DNA of 64,000 nt from Candidatus Latescibacterota bacterium (lineage in GTDB: Bacteria; Latescibacterota; UBA2968; UBA8231). This document shows, one piece after another, positions 47,687 to 57,361 of the stretch. Location: positions 1,664,001-1,728,000 of the forward strand of contig OZ220089.1 in the NCBI GenBank assembly GCA_964291625.2. The letters are read 5' to 3'. The translations under genes and the position numbers were made by a program. Within the stretch, counting starts at the first letter, position 1. The number at the start of each line of letters is the position of its first letter. Below the pieces are notes generated by a model. The model saw nothing but the letters and a program-made list of their open reading frames with translations, had not been told where the DNA came from and ran no database searches.

Positions 47687-49000
47687 ATGTACCATCTTGG
47701 ACTTGCGTTGTCTGGAGGGGGTTCTCGCGCCGCCGCATTCCATTGTGGAACGGTCACAGCTCTTTCCGAGCTGCATCTAGTTGACGAGATAGACGTTGTT
47801 TCTACGGTATCTGGGGGCTCTCTCTTTGGTGCTGCTTGGATGGCAGCAAAGATTGGGGGACAGAGCTTGGGGGAGTTCACCCGGAATATGCAGGCAGAAC
47901 TGTCCCGCGGGTTCATCGTTAGGTCAATCAGGCCGTCCCTGCTCCGCGTGTTGATCCCTACTGCATCGTACTCTCGAACTCACCTGCTCGCAGAGACCTT
48001 TGATCGCATCCTGTTCCAGGGACTTACCCTCGGGCGTCTCCCTGAACGCCCGGCTCTGTGCATAAACACGACAGTATTGAATACGGGCCAGATAGCGAAA
48101 TTGACCCGGGATGGATTCTCGGCTTGGGGAATCGCGGTCCCTGGAGGCGACCCCCCCCATGTGGTGCCTTGGGCAAACTTTCCCTTGGCACGTGCCGTCG
48201 CCGCCTCTGCAGCGTTCCCCATCGGCCTGCCACCTCTAACCCTAGGGCTAAGGGACTTCCCACGCGGGACCGAATTCAGAGGCTCGCTGGCTGGGGCGAA
48301 GGGAATCTGCCTTACTGACGGTGGTGTGCTTGAGAACCTTGGAATTCAGACTCTCTTGAAGAGCCGGCGCTATGCCTCGTGGAACCTCGTTGTGAGTGAT
48401 GCGGGTGTTCATGACCGACCTTGGCGGAATGGAGGGATTGTCGACTCAGCCAGGGGTTTCGGCATGTGGGTCTTGAGCGGACAGACTCTTGGTCGGCTCA
48501 TGCTGTTGATGAACGACAAGCAGAACCGGTGGGCAAGGCACGAGGTCCACAACGAGTTGATTCGCTCGTGGCTCGCTGATGAATTGAGGCGGAGCTCCAG
48601 CGCTTCTCTCAAGGGTGTAGCGAGCTACTTGGACCACGAACCAAACCTGCGACGACGGGCACTCCTGTTTGTACGCGTGGCCCAGAGTTGGAACTCCTTC
48701 TTTGCTTCAATCCCGAGATGGAGACTCGTGGAGCTCGCCGAACGTTCTGGAGGGTCCGAATCCGCGATACCTTCCAATGACGATCCCGCACGCATCGTAG
48801 ACTACCTGGAAGGGGTAGGCTGCGACCTCTCCGCGGCGGTGCACTATCATGGCCAACTTGGAGGAGACAGTAGTGCGGAAAGACTGAACCGGGTGAGGAC
48901 TGGATTCTCCTCCTTGTCCCCAGAGACCATTCGGCGCCTTGCAGCACATGCAGCTTGGCAAGTCCACGCGGCACACTCGGTCTATTTCCCTAAGGGCTGA
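47687..49000 (+). CDS. Patatin-like phospholipase
   Basis: LALSGGGSRA oxyanion loop, STVSGGS nucleophile elbow, ASAAFP, TDGGVLENLG. Confidence 0.88.
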   Translation: MYHLGLALSGGGSRAAAFHCGTVTALSELHLVDEIDVVSTVSGGSLFGAAWMAAKIGGQSLGEFTRNMQAELSRGFIVRSIRPSLLRVLIPTASYSRTHLLAETFDRILFQGLTLGRLPERPALCINTTVLNTGQIAKLTRDGFSAWGIAVPGGDPPHVVPWANFPLARAVAASAAFPIGLPPLTLGLRDFPRGTEFRGSLAGAKGICLTDGGVLENLGIQTLLKSRRYASWNLVVSDAGVHDRPWRNGGIVDSARGFGMWVLSGQTLGRLMLLMNDKQNRWARHEVHNELIRSWLADELRRSSSASLKGVASYLDHEPNLRRRALLFVRVAQSWNSFFASIPRWRLVELAERSGGSESAIPSNDDPARIVDYLEGVGCDLSAAVHYHGQLGGDSSAERLNRVRTGFSSLSPETIRRLAAHAAWQVHAAHSVYFPKG

Positions 49001-49116
49001 GCGACTGGATCGGTTGGGGGAGCTTGACCTCCCTCCCCCCCACCTCGCCGTTCACTTAGAGCCCCCAACGATGGGCACGTCGCCCACCCGGTGCGAGTTT
49101 GGCCCTCTCGAAACGT

Positions 49117-50397
49117 TCAGCCCGCCATCTCCTCCACCGCCGCCGCCAGCCGGTCCACGTCGGCCTCGCCATTGTAGATGTGGGTGGAAACCCGGAGCGC
49201 GTTGTAGCTCTCTCCCTCCACGTCGTCGTCGGGGACGCAGGCATAGGTCCCCTGGGCGACCTTGACGGCCATGTCGTGCTCCTCCAGGAGCCGGCGCGCC
49301 AACAGACTTGCGCTCAGGCCGTCCACCGAGAAAGTGAGGATTCCCCCGGAGAGCTCCGGCTGCGCCGGAGTGAGGATCCTCACCTTCGGAATCCGCTCCA
49401 GGTGCCCCCGCAGGCGGGCGCTCAGCTCCCGGCAGCGGGCCTCGACGCGGTCCCGGCCGAGGAGGTTGTGGAACTCCATGGCCACGCCGTGGCCGAGGAT
49501 CCCGGCCACGTCGCGGGTGCCGGACGAGGCCGAGTAGCCGGCGTATCCGGAATGCAGAAAGACGGGTTGCACCCGGTCCTGCACCTCCCGGCGGATGTAG
49601 AGCAGGCCGCTGCCCTTGGGGGCGAGCATCCACTTGTGGCTGCTGGAGGCGAAGGTGTCGACTTCGAGAGCCTTCACGTCGACGTCGAGCATCCCCGGGG
49701 AGTGGGCCCCGTCGCAGACGAGCAGGACCCCGCGGGGGCGCGTGATGTGGGCCGCGTCGGCCAGCGGATACCGCATACCCGTGATCGTGTCGACGTCCAT
49801 GAGGCTGCACACCCGCGTGCGGGGGGTCAGATGCCGCTCCAGTAGATGGAGGAACTCGTCCTTGTCCCTCAGTGGAGTCGGCATCTTCAGGTATTTCACG
49901 ACGACGCCGCGGTGCTTCCTGACATGCTGCCAGCAGACCATGCCGCCGCCGTGCTCGTGGTTGGTGGTGAGCACCTCGTCCCCCGGTTCCCAGTCGATGC
50001 CGGTGGCGACGCCGTTCATGCCCTCGGTGGTGTTGCGCGTGAGGGCGATCTCCGACACGTCCGCCCCGAGGAACTCGGCGGCCAGACGGCGGACATCCTC
50101 CATCCGACTCCCCAGGCCGCCGAAGGTGTTCTTCACCGGATCGCCTTCGAGCTGGTGGTCGTACCGGGCCACGGCCTCGGTGACGGCCTTCGGCACGGCG
50201 CCGCAGCTCCCGGTGTTGAAGTGCGCGAAGCCAGGCTTCAACTGGAACTCCCGCCGCAGGCGGCTCCACCTGGAGGCCCCCGCCCCCGCGGCGGCCAGGT
50301 CCTTCTCCAGCTCCTCCAGCCCCCGGGCCGCCCCGGACAGCCCGGGCCAGGGCATCGTGGCCGTCGCCAGGGCCTTGACGAATCCCCGCCTCTGCAT
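49117..50397 (-). CDS. Class V PLP-dependent aminotransferase (isopenicillin N epimerase/cysteine desulfurase-like) with Tat signal
   Basis: MQRRGFV twin-arginine motif; RNTTEG, HEHGGG, DGAH, SSHKW. Confidence 0.85.
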   Translation of the reverse strand: MQRRGFVKALATATMPWPGLSGAARGLEELEKDLAAAGAGASRWSRLRREFQLKPGFAHFNTGSCGAVPKAVTEAVARYDHQLEGDPVKNTFGGLGSRMEDVRRLAAEFLGADVSEIALTRNTTEGMNGVATGIDWEPGDEVLTTNHEHGGGMVCWQHVRKHRGVVVKYLKMPTPLRDKDEFLHLLERHLTPRTRVCSLMDVDTITGMRYPLADAAHITRPRGVLLVCDGAHSPGMLDVDVKALEVDTFASSSHKWMLAPKGSGLLYIRREVQDRVQPVFLHSGYAGYSASSGTRDVAGILGHGVAMEFHNLLGRDRVEARCRELSARLRGHLERIPKVRILTPAQPELSGGILTFSVDGLSASLLARRLLEEHDMAVKVAQGTYACVPDDDVEGESYNALRVSTHIYNGEADVDRLAAAVEEMAG

Positions 50398-51305
50398 CAG
50401 GAAGAGACGACCTCCGCGTCGACGAGCCGGCTGCCCGTGCCGGTGGTCACGCAGTAGCTGAACCCGCCGGAGGTGCCGGCAGCGCCGCTGCGGCCCTGCT
50501 TGTCCAGGGCGATGAAGAAGCAGGAGAGCTGCTCCGCCGGGCGCGGGTCCCGGCGCAGGATGTGGCCCACCGTCTCCACGCAGGCCGACTGCGGATCGGC
50601 GCCGCGCGCCATGAGGTCGACGACGCGGTACGAGCCGCAGTAGCGCATGATGTTCTCGCCGAGGCCGGTGGCCCCGGCGGCGCCCACCTCGCCGTCCACG
50701 TAGAGACCGCCCCCGACGATGGGCGAGTCGCCCACCCGGCCCGCGAGCTTGTATCCCCAGCCGCTGGTCGAGCAGCCGCCGGCCAGGCGGCCGCCGCCGT
50801 CCCGGCCGAGGAGGGCGATCGTGTCGTGGCTCTCCGAGATCGGCGGCGGCCCCTGCTGCTCCCGGCGCCAGGCCTCCCAGCGCTGGCGCCGGTCCTCGGT
50901 CAGCAGACCCGCCGACTCGAACCCCTCGTCCAGGGCGAAGCGCCGGGCGCCTTCGCCGGCGAGCATCGCGTGGGGGGTGACCTCCATCACCCGGCGGGCC
51001 ACCGAGACGGGGTGTTCGATCCCCTCGAGGGCGGCGACGCTGCCCGCCCGCTGTCCCTCGCCGTCCATGAAGCAGGCGTCGAGCTGCACGACCCCGTCGG
51101 CGTTGGGCGTGCCTCCGAGGCCGACGGAGTGCTCCTCCGGGTCCGCCTCCACGAGGCGGATGCCCTGCTCCACCGCGTCCAGCAGGCCGCCCGTGTCCAG
51201 CGTCCTGACGGCGGTCTCGTTGGCCGCCCGGCCGAATGCCCAGGTGGAGACGAAGACGGGGCCGCTCCGGGGGGAGGGGGCCGGACCGGCGCGATGGGAC
51301 GCCAT
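50397..51305 (-). CDS. N4-(beta-N-acetylglucosaminyl)-L-asparaginase / isoaspartyl peptidase (Ntn hydrolase)
   Basis: SVGLGG, LDACFMD, HDTIA autoproteolysis site, STSG, GRVGDSP, ATGLGE. Confidence 0.88.
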   Translation of the reverse strand: MASHRAGPAPSPRSGPVFVSTWAFGRAANETAVRTLDTGGLLDAVEQGIRLVEADPEEHSVGLGGTPNADGVVQLDACFMDGEGQRAGSVAALEGIEHPVSVARRVMEVTPHAMLAGEGARRFALDEGFESAGLLTEDRRQRWEAWRREQQGPPPISESHDTIALLGRDGGGRLAGGCSTSGWGYKLAGRVGDSPIVGGGLYVDGEVGAAGATGLGENIMRYCGSYRVVDLMARGADPQSACVETVGHILRRDPRPAEQLSCFFIALDKQGRSGAAGTSGGFSYCVTTGTGSRLVDAEVVSS

Positions 51306-51324
51306 GTTGGGCGCCTCCTCGGCC

Positions 51325-52452
51325 TCACCCCTCCAGGATCTCCCGCACCCGGCGCGCGATTTCGGCCTCGTCGCCGTCCTCCACCGTGTACATGGAGAAC
51401 CCCACCGAGGCGCCCTCGCCGTGGGCCCAGATGGAGGGGTTGCCCCGCTCCAGGAGGTCCGCCAGGCCGGCGCCGTCGACGGGGGCTTCCGCGCCCAGGA
51501 TCAGCCCCAGGCTGGTGACGCTGTCGCCGTCGGCCGGCACCAGGCTCACACCCGGCAGGCCGGCGAGCCGGTCGCGCAGGACCCGGCCCCGGCGGCTGGC
51601 CGCCTCGTCCCGCGCCGCATGGTTCTCCTCGCGCAGCCACTCCCTCAGGGCGGTGACCACGCCCACCACCTCCTGGCGGTCGATCTTCAGGGGGCGGCCG
51701 TAACCGGAGAAGCCGCGCCGCTCGAAGGCGGCGAAGGCGTGGGCCCGGGCCGCTTCCACCAGCTCCCGGCGGCCGCACAGCAGACCCGAGGAGTTCGGCG
51801 CGCCGAAGTACTTGGCGCCGAAGCCGACGAGGTCGGCGCCGCAGGTGGCGAAGTGGCGGAAGACGTCGAGGGGCTGCACGCGCCAGGCGGCGTCGCCGAT
51901 CACGGGGACGCCGGCGTTGCCGGCGATCTCCAGGACCTCCTCCAGGGACAGGAATCCCGCCGGCTCGGCGACGCAGGGGTAGAGCACGGCCGCCGTGCCG
52001 CGGCCCAGGGCGGCGGCGAAGTCGTCGCGGGTGCACGACTCGGGGGTGCCGGACTCGACGAGACGCGCCCCGGTCATGCGCACGACGCGGTCGTACTTGT
52101 AGCGCTGCGGCGCCTGGATGACGACCTCGCCCTTGAGGCCCGAGGTGTCGGGAAGCCGCTCCATGAGCTCCGGTTCGTCGCCGGTGATGCAGGCCGCCGT
52201 GCCGAGGACCAGGGCGGCGGCGCAGCCGGGGGTCACCAGGGCCGCCTCGCACCCGAGGAGGCCGGAGACGACGACGCCGCTGCCGGCCAGGAGCTGGTCC
52301 ATGTCGACGTAGTAGCGGCTCGACAGCTCCATGGCCGCCGCCACCGTCGGCGAGGGCGCCGAGCCCCCGAGCATGGTGAGGTTGCCCTTGGCGTTGATCA
52401 CGGGCACGGCGCCCAGGTCTGCATAGAGGTCTCGGGCCTGCGTCGGGTCCAC
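51325..52452 (-). CDS. SelA-like PLP-dependent enzyme (DgaE-like)
   Basis: VINAKGNLTMLGGS, GCAAAL, DAA, FGAKYFGAP, GRPLK. Confidence 0.75.
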   Translation of the reverse strand: MDPTQARDLYADLGAVPVINAKGNLTMLGGSAPSPTVAAAMELSSRYYVDMDQLLAGSGVVVSGLLGCEAALVTPGCAAALVLGTAACITGDEPELMERLPDTSGLKGEVVIQAPQRYKYDRVVRMTGARLVESGTPESCTRDDFAAALGRGTAAVLYPCVAEPAGFLSLEEVLEIAGNAGVPVIGDAAWRVQPLDVFRHFATCGADLVGFGAKYFGAPNSSGLLCGRRELVEAARAHAFAAFERRGFSGYGRPLKIDRQEVVGVVTALREWLREENHAARDEAASRRGRVLRDRLAGLPGVSLVPADGDSVTSLGLILGAEAPVDGAGLADLLERGNPSIWAHGEGASVGFSMYTVEDGDEAEIARRVREILEG

Positions 52453-52463
52453 GGGTCTCTCCT

Positions 52464-54833
52464 TCAGGGGTGCGGCCGGGGCGGGCCCAGCTCGTCGAGA
52501 ACGGGTTCCGGCGGCATCAGCAGAGGCCGGCCGTTGAGGTCCAGCCGCAGACGCAGCCAGTCGATCCAGAAAGGACTCTCGGCGGGGCCCCGGGCGCCCC
52601 CCAGCAGGTCGGCCAGGGCCGGCAGGGAGAAGGGCTCCGCCGGCGGCCGCTCCACCACGCGCAGCCGCCCCGCGTCGAGGCCGGCCCGCTCGCCGGCCGC
52701 GGCCAGGGCCGCTTCCAGCCCGCCCAGGGTGTCCACCAGGCCGGCCTGCAGGGCGCCGGATCCGGACCACACGCGGCCGCGGGCGACGGCCTCGATCTCT
52801 TCCGGGGTGCGGCCCCGGGCCTCGGCGACGCGGTCGACGAAGCCGTCGTAGAGCGTCTCCAGGGCGGCCCCGAAGAGAGCCGCCTCCTCGTCGTCGAAGG
52901 GGCGGTCGGGCAGGGTCCCGCCAAGCAGGGGCAGGGGCATGCCCAGGCCGAGGTCGGCGTGCTCGCCGGCCTGCACGTAGTCGACGGACAGCCCCAGCCG
53001 CTCGCGGAAGCCCTGGTTGTAGAGCCAGCTCGCCCAGACGCCGATGTTGCCGGTGACGGTCTCGGGGGTGGCGGTGATGGCGTCCGCCTCCATCGACACC
53101 CAGTAGCCGCCGGAGGTCGCCCAGCGCCCCTGGGAGACGACGAGGGGCTTCTCGGCGCGGACCTCGCGGATCGCCTCGGCCACCAGGTCCGAGGCCAGCG
53201 GGTCCCCCCCGGGGGAGTCGATGCGCAGGACCACGGCGCCGATCCGCTCCTGGCCGCCCAGGTCGCGCAGCTCCCGGGAGAGCTGGCGGGCGCGGATCCC
53301 GGTGTCCATGGCGCAGACGCCGAGGGCGTACACGAGGGCCACCGTGGGCGGCGCCCCCCACGCCTCGTCCACCGGCGGCGGCGGCAGGTCGTCCAGGGAC
53401 GGTCCCTCCTCGGCGTCCCAGCGTCCCACCGAGTCCACGAGGCCCCGGGCCAGGGCGGTCCCCGGCGTGAACAGGGCGACCTCGTCCACCAGCCCGTCGA
53501 AGGCCTCCGGCGTCAGGCCGCGGGCCTCGCTGATGTCGGATCGGGCGCGTTCGTAGGCGCCGTCCACGAGGGCCTGCATCTGCTCGCGCTCCGCCCCGGA
53601 CATGTCGGTGCGGGTGAAGGCCTCGGGACCGGTCTTGTACTCGTGATAGTGCCAGGCCTGGCTGCCGATGCCGAGCTTGTCGAGAGCGCCGCGCAGGTAG
53701 AGCCGGCCGGCGGCGAACCCCTGGAAGGCGATCCCCCCCAGCGGGTCGAGGACGACGTGGTCCGCCGCCGAGGCGAGGTGATAGCCGCGCAGGTCGGCGC
53801 GGTCCACGTGCACCACGACCCGCTTGCCCGCCTCCCGGATGCGCTGCAGGCGCCGGCGCAGCTCCCAGGACATGGCCGGGTCCAGCCGTACCTCCGAGAG
53901 GTTGACGGCGACGCCGGCCAGGGCGGGATCGCGCTCCACCCGGCGCAGGGAGAGGAGCAGGTCGAGGTGGGAGCGGCCGTCGTCGAAGAAGGGGGCCACA
54001 CGGTGCTTCACCGGGCCGCGCAGTTCGAGCCGGGCCATGCGCGGCCGGCGCCGGTGCAGGGGCGCCAGCACGGTCCCGCGGTTGGGTCCGAGGCGAACCA
54101 GGAAGAGGTTGCGCGAGCGGTCCCCGTCGCGGCGGGACCGCGTCCACAGCCCCAGTCCGCCCAGCTCGACGCGCAGACCGGCGGTGACCGCCCCGTCCTC
54201 GTGGTACCTCGCCGACAGGTGCATCCCCTCCCACAGGCGCACCTCGCCCCCGGCGTTCCAGGTCTCTTCGCCGGAGTCGGCGCCGGCGGCCTCGCCGTAC
54301 ACGGTCAGCCGCGGCGAGCCGAAGGGACGCAGGCCCACGTGGCCGGCCCACTCGCCGGTGTCCCCGTCGAGGGAGGCCGTCCAGGTGGCGCCCAGGGAAA
54401 ACGCGGTCGACGGCTGCCACACGGCGCCGGCGACCCACACGGGCCGGCGGCCGTCCTGGCTCGACCACCCCCAGGCGAGGCCGGCCGAGGCGCCGCGGTC
54501 GCCGGCGCCGAAGCCGAGCCGGTAGTCCCGGTATCCCTCGCCGCCCTCGGTGCGGCGCAGGAACCCGAAGCCGAGATGAGGCACGGCGGTGAACATCCCC
54601 CACTCGGCGGAGCCGTCCCCGCCGCCGGCGGAGGACCACGCCGCGGCCGACTCCGCCGCTTCGAGGCGGGCCAGGACGGCGGGATTCAGGTAGCCCAGCA
54701 TCCCCGCCGGAGCCACCCCCGGCGGCGCGGGGGCCAGCTCGCTGCGCGCCGCGTAGGGGGCGAACTGGCCGGCGGCGGGCGCGGCGGCGAGGAGTAGCAG
54801 CAGGGGCCAGGCCGGACGGGTCGGGCGCCTCAC
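52464..54833 (-). CDS. sppA: S49 family signal peptide peptidase SppA with an N-terminal beta-barrel-like extension
   Basis: Signal peptide; YHLASAAD, EYKTGPE, LRIDSPGG, SGGYWVS, ARGRVWSG, GLVDTLGGL. Confidence 0.8.
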   Translation of the reverse strand: MRRPTRPAWPLLLLLAAAPAAGQFAPYAARSELAPAPPGVAPAGMLGYLNPAVLARLEAAESAAAWSSAGGGDGSAEWGMFTAVPHLGFGFLRRTEGGEGYRDYRLGFGAGDRGASAGLAWGWSSQDGRRPVWVAGAVWQPSTAFSLGATWTASLDGDTGEWAGHVGLRPFGSPRLTVYGEAAGADSGEETWNAGGEVRLWEGMHLSARYHEDGAVTAGLRVELGGLGLWTRSRRDGDRSRNLFLVRLGPNRGTVLAPLHRRRPRMARLELRGPVKHRVAPFFDDGRSHLDLLLSLRRVERDPALAGVAVNLSEVRLDPAMSWELRRRLQRIREAGKRVVVHVDRADLRGYHLASAADHVVLDPLGGIAFQGFAAGRLYLRGALDKLGIGSQAWHYHEYKTGPEAFTRTDMSGAEREQMQALVDGAYERARSDISEARGLTPEAFDGLVDEVALFTPGTALARGLVDSVGRWDAEEGPSLDDLPPPPVDEAWGAPPTVALVYALGVCAMDTGIRARQLSRELRDLGGQERIGAVVLRIDSPGGDPLASDLVAEAIREVRAEKPLVVSQGRWATSGGYWVSMEADAITATPETVTGNIGVWASWLYNQGFRERLGLSVDYVQAGEHADLGLGMPLPLLGGTLPDRPFDDEEAALFGAALETLYDGFVDRVAEARGRTPEEIEAVARGRVWSGSGALQAGLVDTLGGLEAALAAAGERAGLDAGRLRVVERPPAEPFSLPALADLLGGARGPAESPFWIDWLRLRLDLNGRPLLMPPEPVLDELGPPRPHP

Positions 54834-55453
54834 GCAGACTCCTGGAACTGGCTCAGGTCGCCGGATCCCCGGCGCAGGACCACGGCCTCGTCGCCGACGA
54901 GGGAGACGACGCTGGAGGGCAGCACCGGCAGCTGGCCGCACTCGAGGATCAGGTCCACGTCGTGGCCCAGCTCCTGCTCCAGTTGCAGGGGATCGGTGAT
55001 CGCGTCCTGTTCGGAGCGGTTGGCGCTGGTGCTCAGGATCGGCCGCCCCAGTTCCTTCACCATGGCCGCCGTCACCGGGTGGTCGGGGATGCGGATGCCC
55101 ACCGTCTTCTGGCGGCTGCGCAGCAGGCGCGGGGTCTCCTTGGTGGCCGGCAGCACGAAGGTGTAGGGCCCGGGCAGCAGGCGCCGCAGGGTCCGGTAGG
55201 CGTAGTTCGACACCCGGGCGTAGCGGGCGATGTCGTTGAGGTCGGCGCAGACGAAGGACATCGGCTTGCGGGCGTCGCGGCCCTTGATGCGCCGGATGCG
55301 CTCCACCGCCGTCTTGTGGGTGATGTCGCACCCGAGGCCGTAGATCGTGTCGGTGGGGTAGATGATGACGCCGCCGCCGCTCAGGACTTCCACGGCGCGG
55401 CGCAGGTGCCGGCCCTTGAGGTGCTCGGGATCGATGGACAGCACGTCGGCCAC
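54830..55453 (-). CDS. Sua5/YciO/TsaC family threonylcarbamoyl-AMP synthase
   Basis: YPTDTIYGLGC, LPGPYT, GIRIPDHP, STSAN. Confidence 0.9.
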   Translation of the reverse strand: MADVLSIDPEHLKGRHLRRAVEVLSGGGVIIYPTDTIYGLGCDITHKTAVERIRRIKGRDARKPMSFVCADLNDIARYARVSNYAYRTLRRLLPGPYTFVLPATKETPRLLRSRQKTVGIRIPDHPVTAAMVKELGRPILSTSANRSEQDAITDPLQLEQELGHDVDLILECGQLPVLPSSVVSLVGDEAVVLRRGSGDLSQFQESA

Positions 55454-55552
55454 GGTCGGACTCCCCGGTTGGGCCCGGCGAGATGGTGCGCAGGCGCCGG
55501 GCGGGACCGGATGAATATAGCAGGTCCTCCGAGAGCGGGTCCTCCGCAACCG

Positions 55553-55596
55553 GCCCTGGGCGCGTCCCGACCGAACGGGCCGGGCGCGCCCAGGGC
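55553..55596. repeat. GC-rich 12-bp inverted repeat (possible terminator or mRNA-stabilising hairpin)
   Basis: GCCCTGGGCGCG (55553-55564) and CGCGCCCAGGGC (55585-55596), just downstream of the gene ending at 55635; no U tract. Confidence 0.5.
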
Positions 55597-55634
55597 GCAG
55601 TGCCGGAGGGCCTTGCCGCTCCCGGGAGGGGGGT

Positions 55635-57361
55635 CTACTTCAGCAGCGTGGTCCTGCGGCTGAGGATGCCGTTGGGGCTGACCAGGCGATAGTGGTAGAC
55701 CCCGCTGGCCAGATCCTCGCCGACGAGCTGCACCGACCAGGTGCCGGCCTCGCGGAAGCCCTGCACGAGGGTGGCCAGCTTCTGTCCGGTGTTGCTGTAG
55801 AGAGTGAGACTGACCTCGCCGCCGACGGGCAGCGAGTAGCGGATCGTGGTGCCCGGGTTGAAGGGGTTGGGGCTGTTGTCGAGCTCGTAGGCCGCGGGCA
55901 CCGAGGACGAGAGGCTGCTCTCCTCGAAGAGGATGGCGGTGTCGGGGCCGGTGAAGTCGCCCTGCACCACGATCCCGAGCCGACTGATGAAGGTCCAGCC
56001 CGCGATCCACAACTCCGACTCCCTCGAGGAGAAGGCGCCCAGGTAGTTGGTGGACGTGTAGAAGCCGTTGGACGGCGGGGTCAGGGCGCCGGAGGTCGCG
56101 GGGCCTGCGGCCACGGGCCGCGGGTCGAGGCCGCCGTCGATGGTGCGGCTGATGCCGCGCAGCTGCGGGTCCTCGATGCGGTTGCCGCCGTCCAGCAGGG
56201 CCGTCTGCACGAAGCCGTCGTCCTTCGGGTCGCCGCAGCCGTCGCCGGAGCAGTCTGCGACGCCGCCCACGTCGTCGCCGGCGCCGAAGCCCCACCAGAT
56301 GTTGTTCCGCAGCTTGAGGGTGCCCTCCTCCAGGCGGTTGCGGCTGTCCTCGCCGTCGGGCAGGTCCTCCACGTCGACGCCGGCGCCGACGAAGTCGGTG
56401 AAGATGCTGTTGAAGTAGCTGCCTGCCCAGTTGTCGCGAAGCTTCAGGGCCTCGGGGTTGTCGGGGTTGCTGGCTTCGACGCCCGAGCCGACGAAGGTGG
56501 CGTTCCAGATCTGCGGGGTGGCGTAGGGCTGCCCGTCCTCGGGATCGGTGCCGCCGTCGTGCTCCCCGGCCCGGTCGCCGATCTCCTCGGCCTGCACGGC
56601 GAACCAGAACTGGTTGTCGCCGCGCCAGCCCTCGTCGATGTCGAAGGAGTCGTCGCCGTTGAAGGCGCTCACCAGGTAGCGGCTGTTCACCGTGCCGCCG
56701 AACCACTCGAAGCCGTCGTCCTGGTTGTTGTAGACCTCCACGTACTCGACGACGGTGCCGCTGCCCACGGCGCCCATGGTCAGGCCGTTGATCTCGTTGC
56801 CGGCGCCGATGTCGGTGCCGCCGTAGCGGATCGAGACGTAGCGGAAGACGCCGGAGTCGTCGCCGTCGTCGGTGCCGCCGTAGGCGCCGCGCGGCTCGGT
56901 GGTGGGAATGCCCTCGATGGCGCCGACGCCGGTGGAGGTGTTGATCACCGCCTTGCCGAGGAGGATGACGCCGCCCCAAAGGCCGCGGGTGTCGAGGGGC
57001 AGGTCGAAGGGATCGGAGACATCGTCCGCCTCGGCGGTGAAGATGATGGGGTTGTCGCGGGTTCCCTCGGCGAAGATCCGGCCGCCCTGGGCCACGATCA
57101 GGGCGCTGGCGTTCTCCCCCTGGCCCGGCTTGCCGCGGACCACGGTGCCGGGCTCGATGGTGAGCGTCGCGCCGTCGTCGACGAAGACGAAGCCGTTGAG
57201 CACGTAGGTGTGGCCGGTGTCCACACGGCGTCCTGGCCGATGTCCTCGGTGACCTGCACGACGGTCTGGGCCGCCGCCGGGACGGCGAGGGCCGTCCACA
57301 CGATCCCGACGATCCCGGCCAGGGCCGCCGGCCGCGGGATCCGGGTTCCGCTGCTTCCCAT
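55635..57361 (-). pseudogene. Secreted acidic beta-helix-like protein with a C-terminal T9SS-CTD-like domain; frameshifted near 57216
   Basis: The signal-peptide frame (MGSSGTRIP...AAAQTVVQVTEDIGQDAVWT) and the body frame (GHTYVLNGFVFV...NEINGLT...DDGFEWFGGTV...NSPNPFN...TLLK) are offset by one base. Confidence 0.7.

Larger units (their letters stand above)
42336..49000. other. AT-richer accessory (defence-like) island
   Basis: Visibly different composition (many A/T-ending codons) from the flanking housekeeping genes; TA, regulator and ubiquitin-like content; no integrase or clear att repeats. Confidence 0.7.

Noticed and set aside
44346-49000. Calling the island a CBASS system
   Set aside because: Cap2/Cap3-like and patatin genes are present, but no CD-NTase motif occurs in the island; an MBL occupies that position
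42265-49095. Possible att/direct repeats at the island borders (cgcccaccggtg near 42266 and cgcccacccggtg near 49081)
   Set aside because: Short, imperfect and GC-rich; the left copy is part of the trp promoter, and there is no integrase or tRNA nearby
51325-52452. True selenocysteine synthase selA
   Set aside because: Shorter than canonical SelA and without selB/selC context; fits the SelA-like family better
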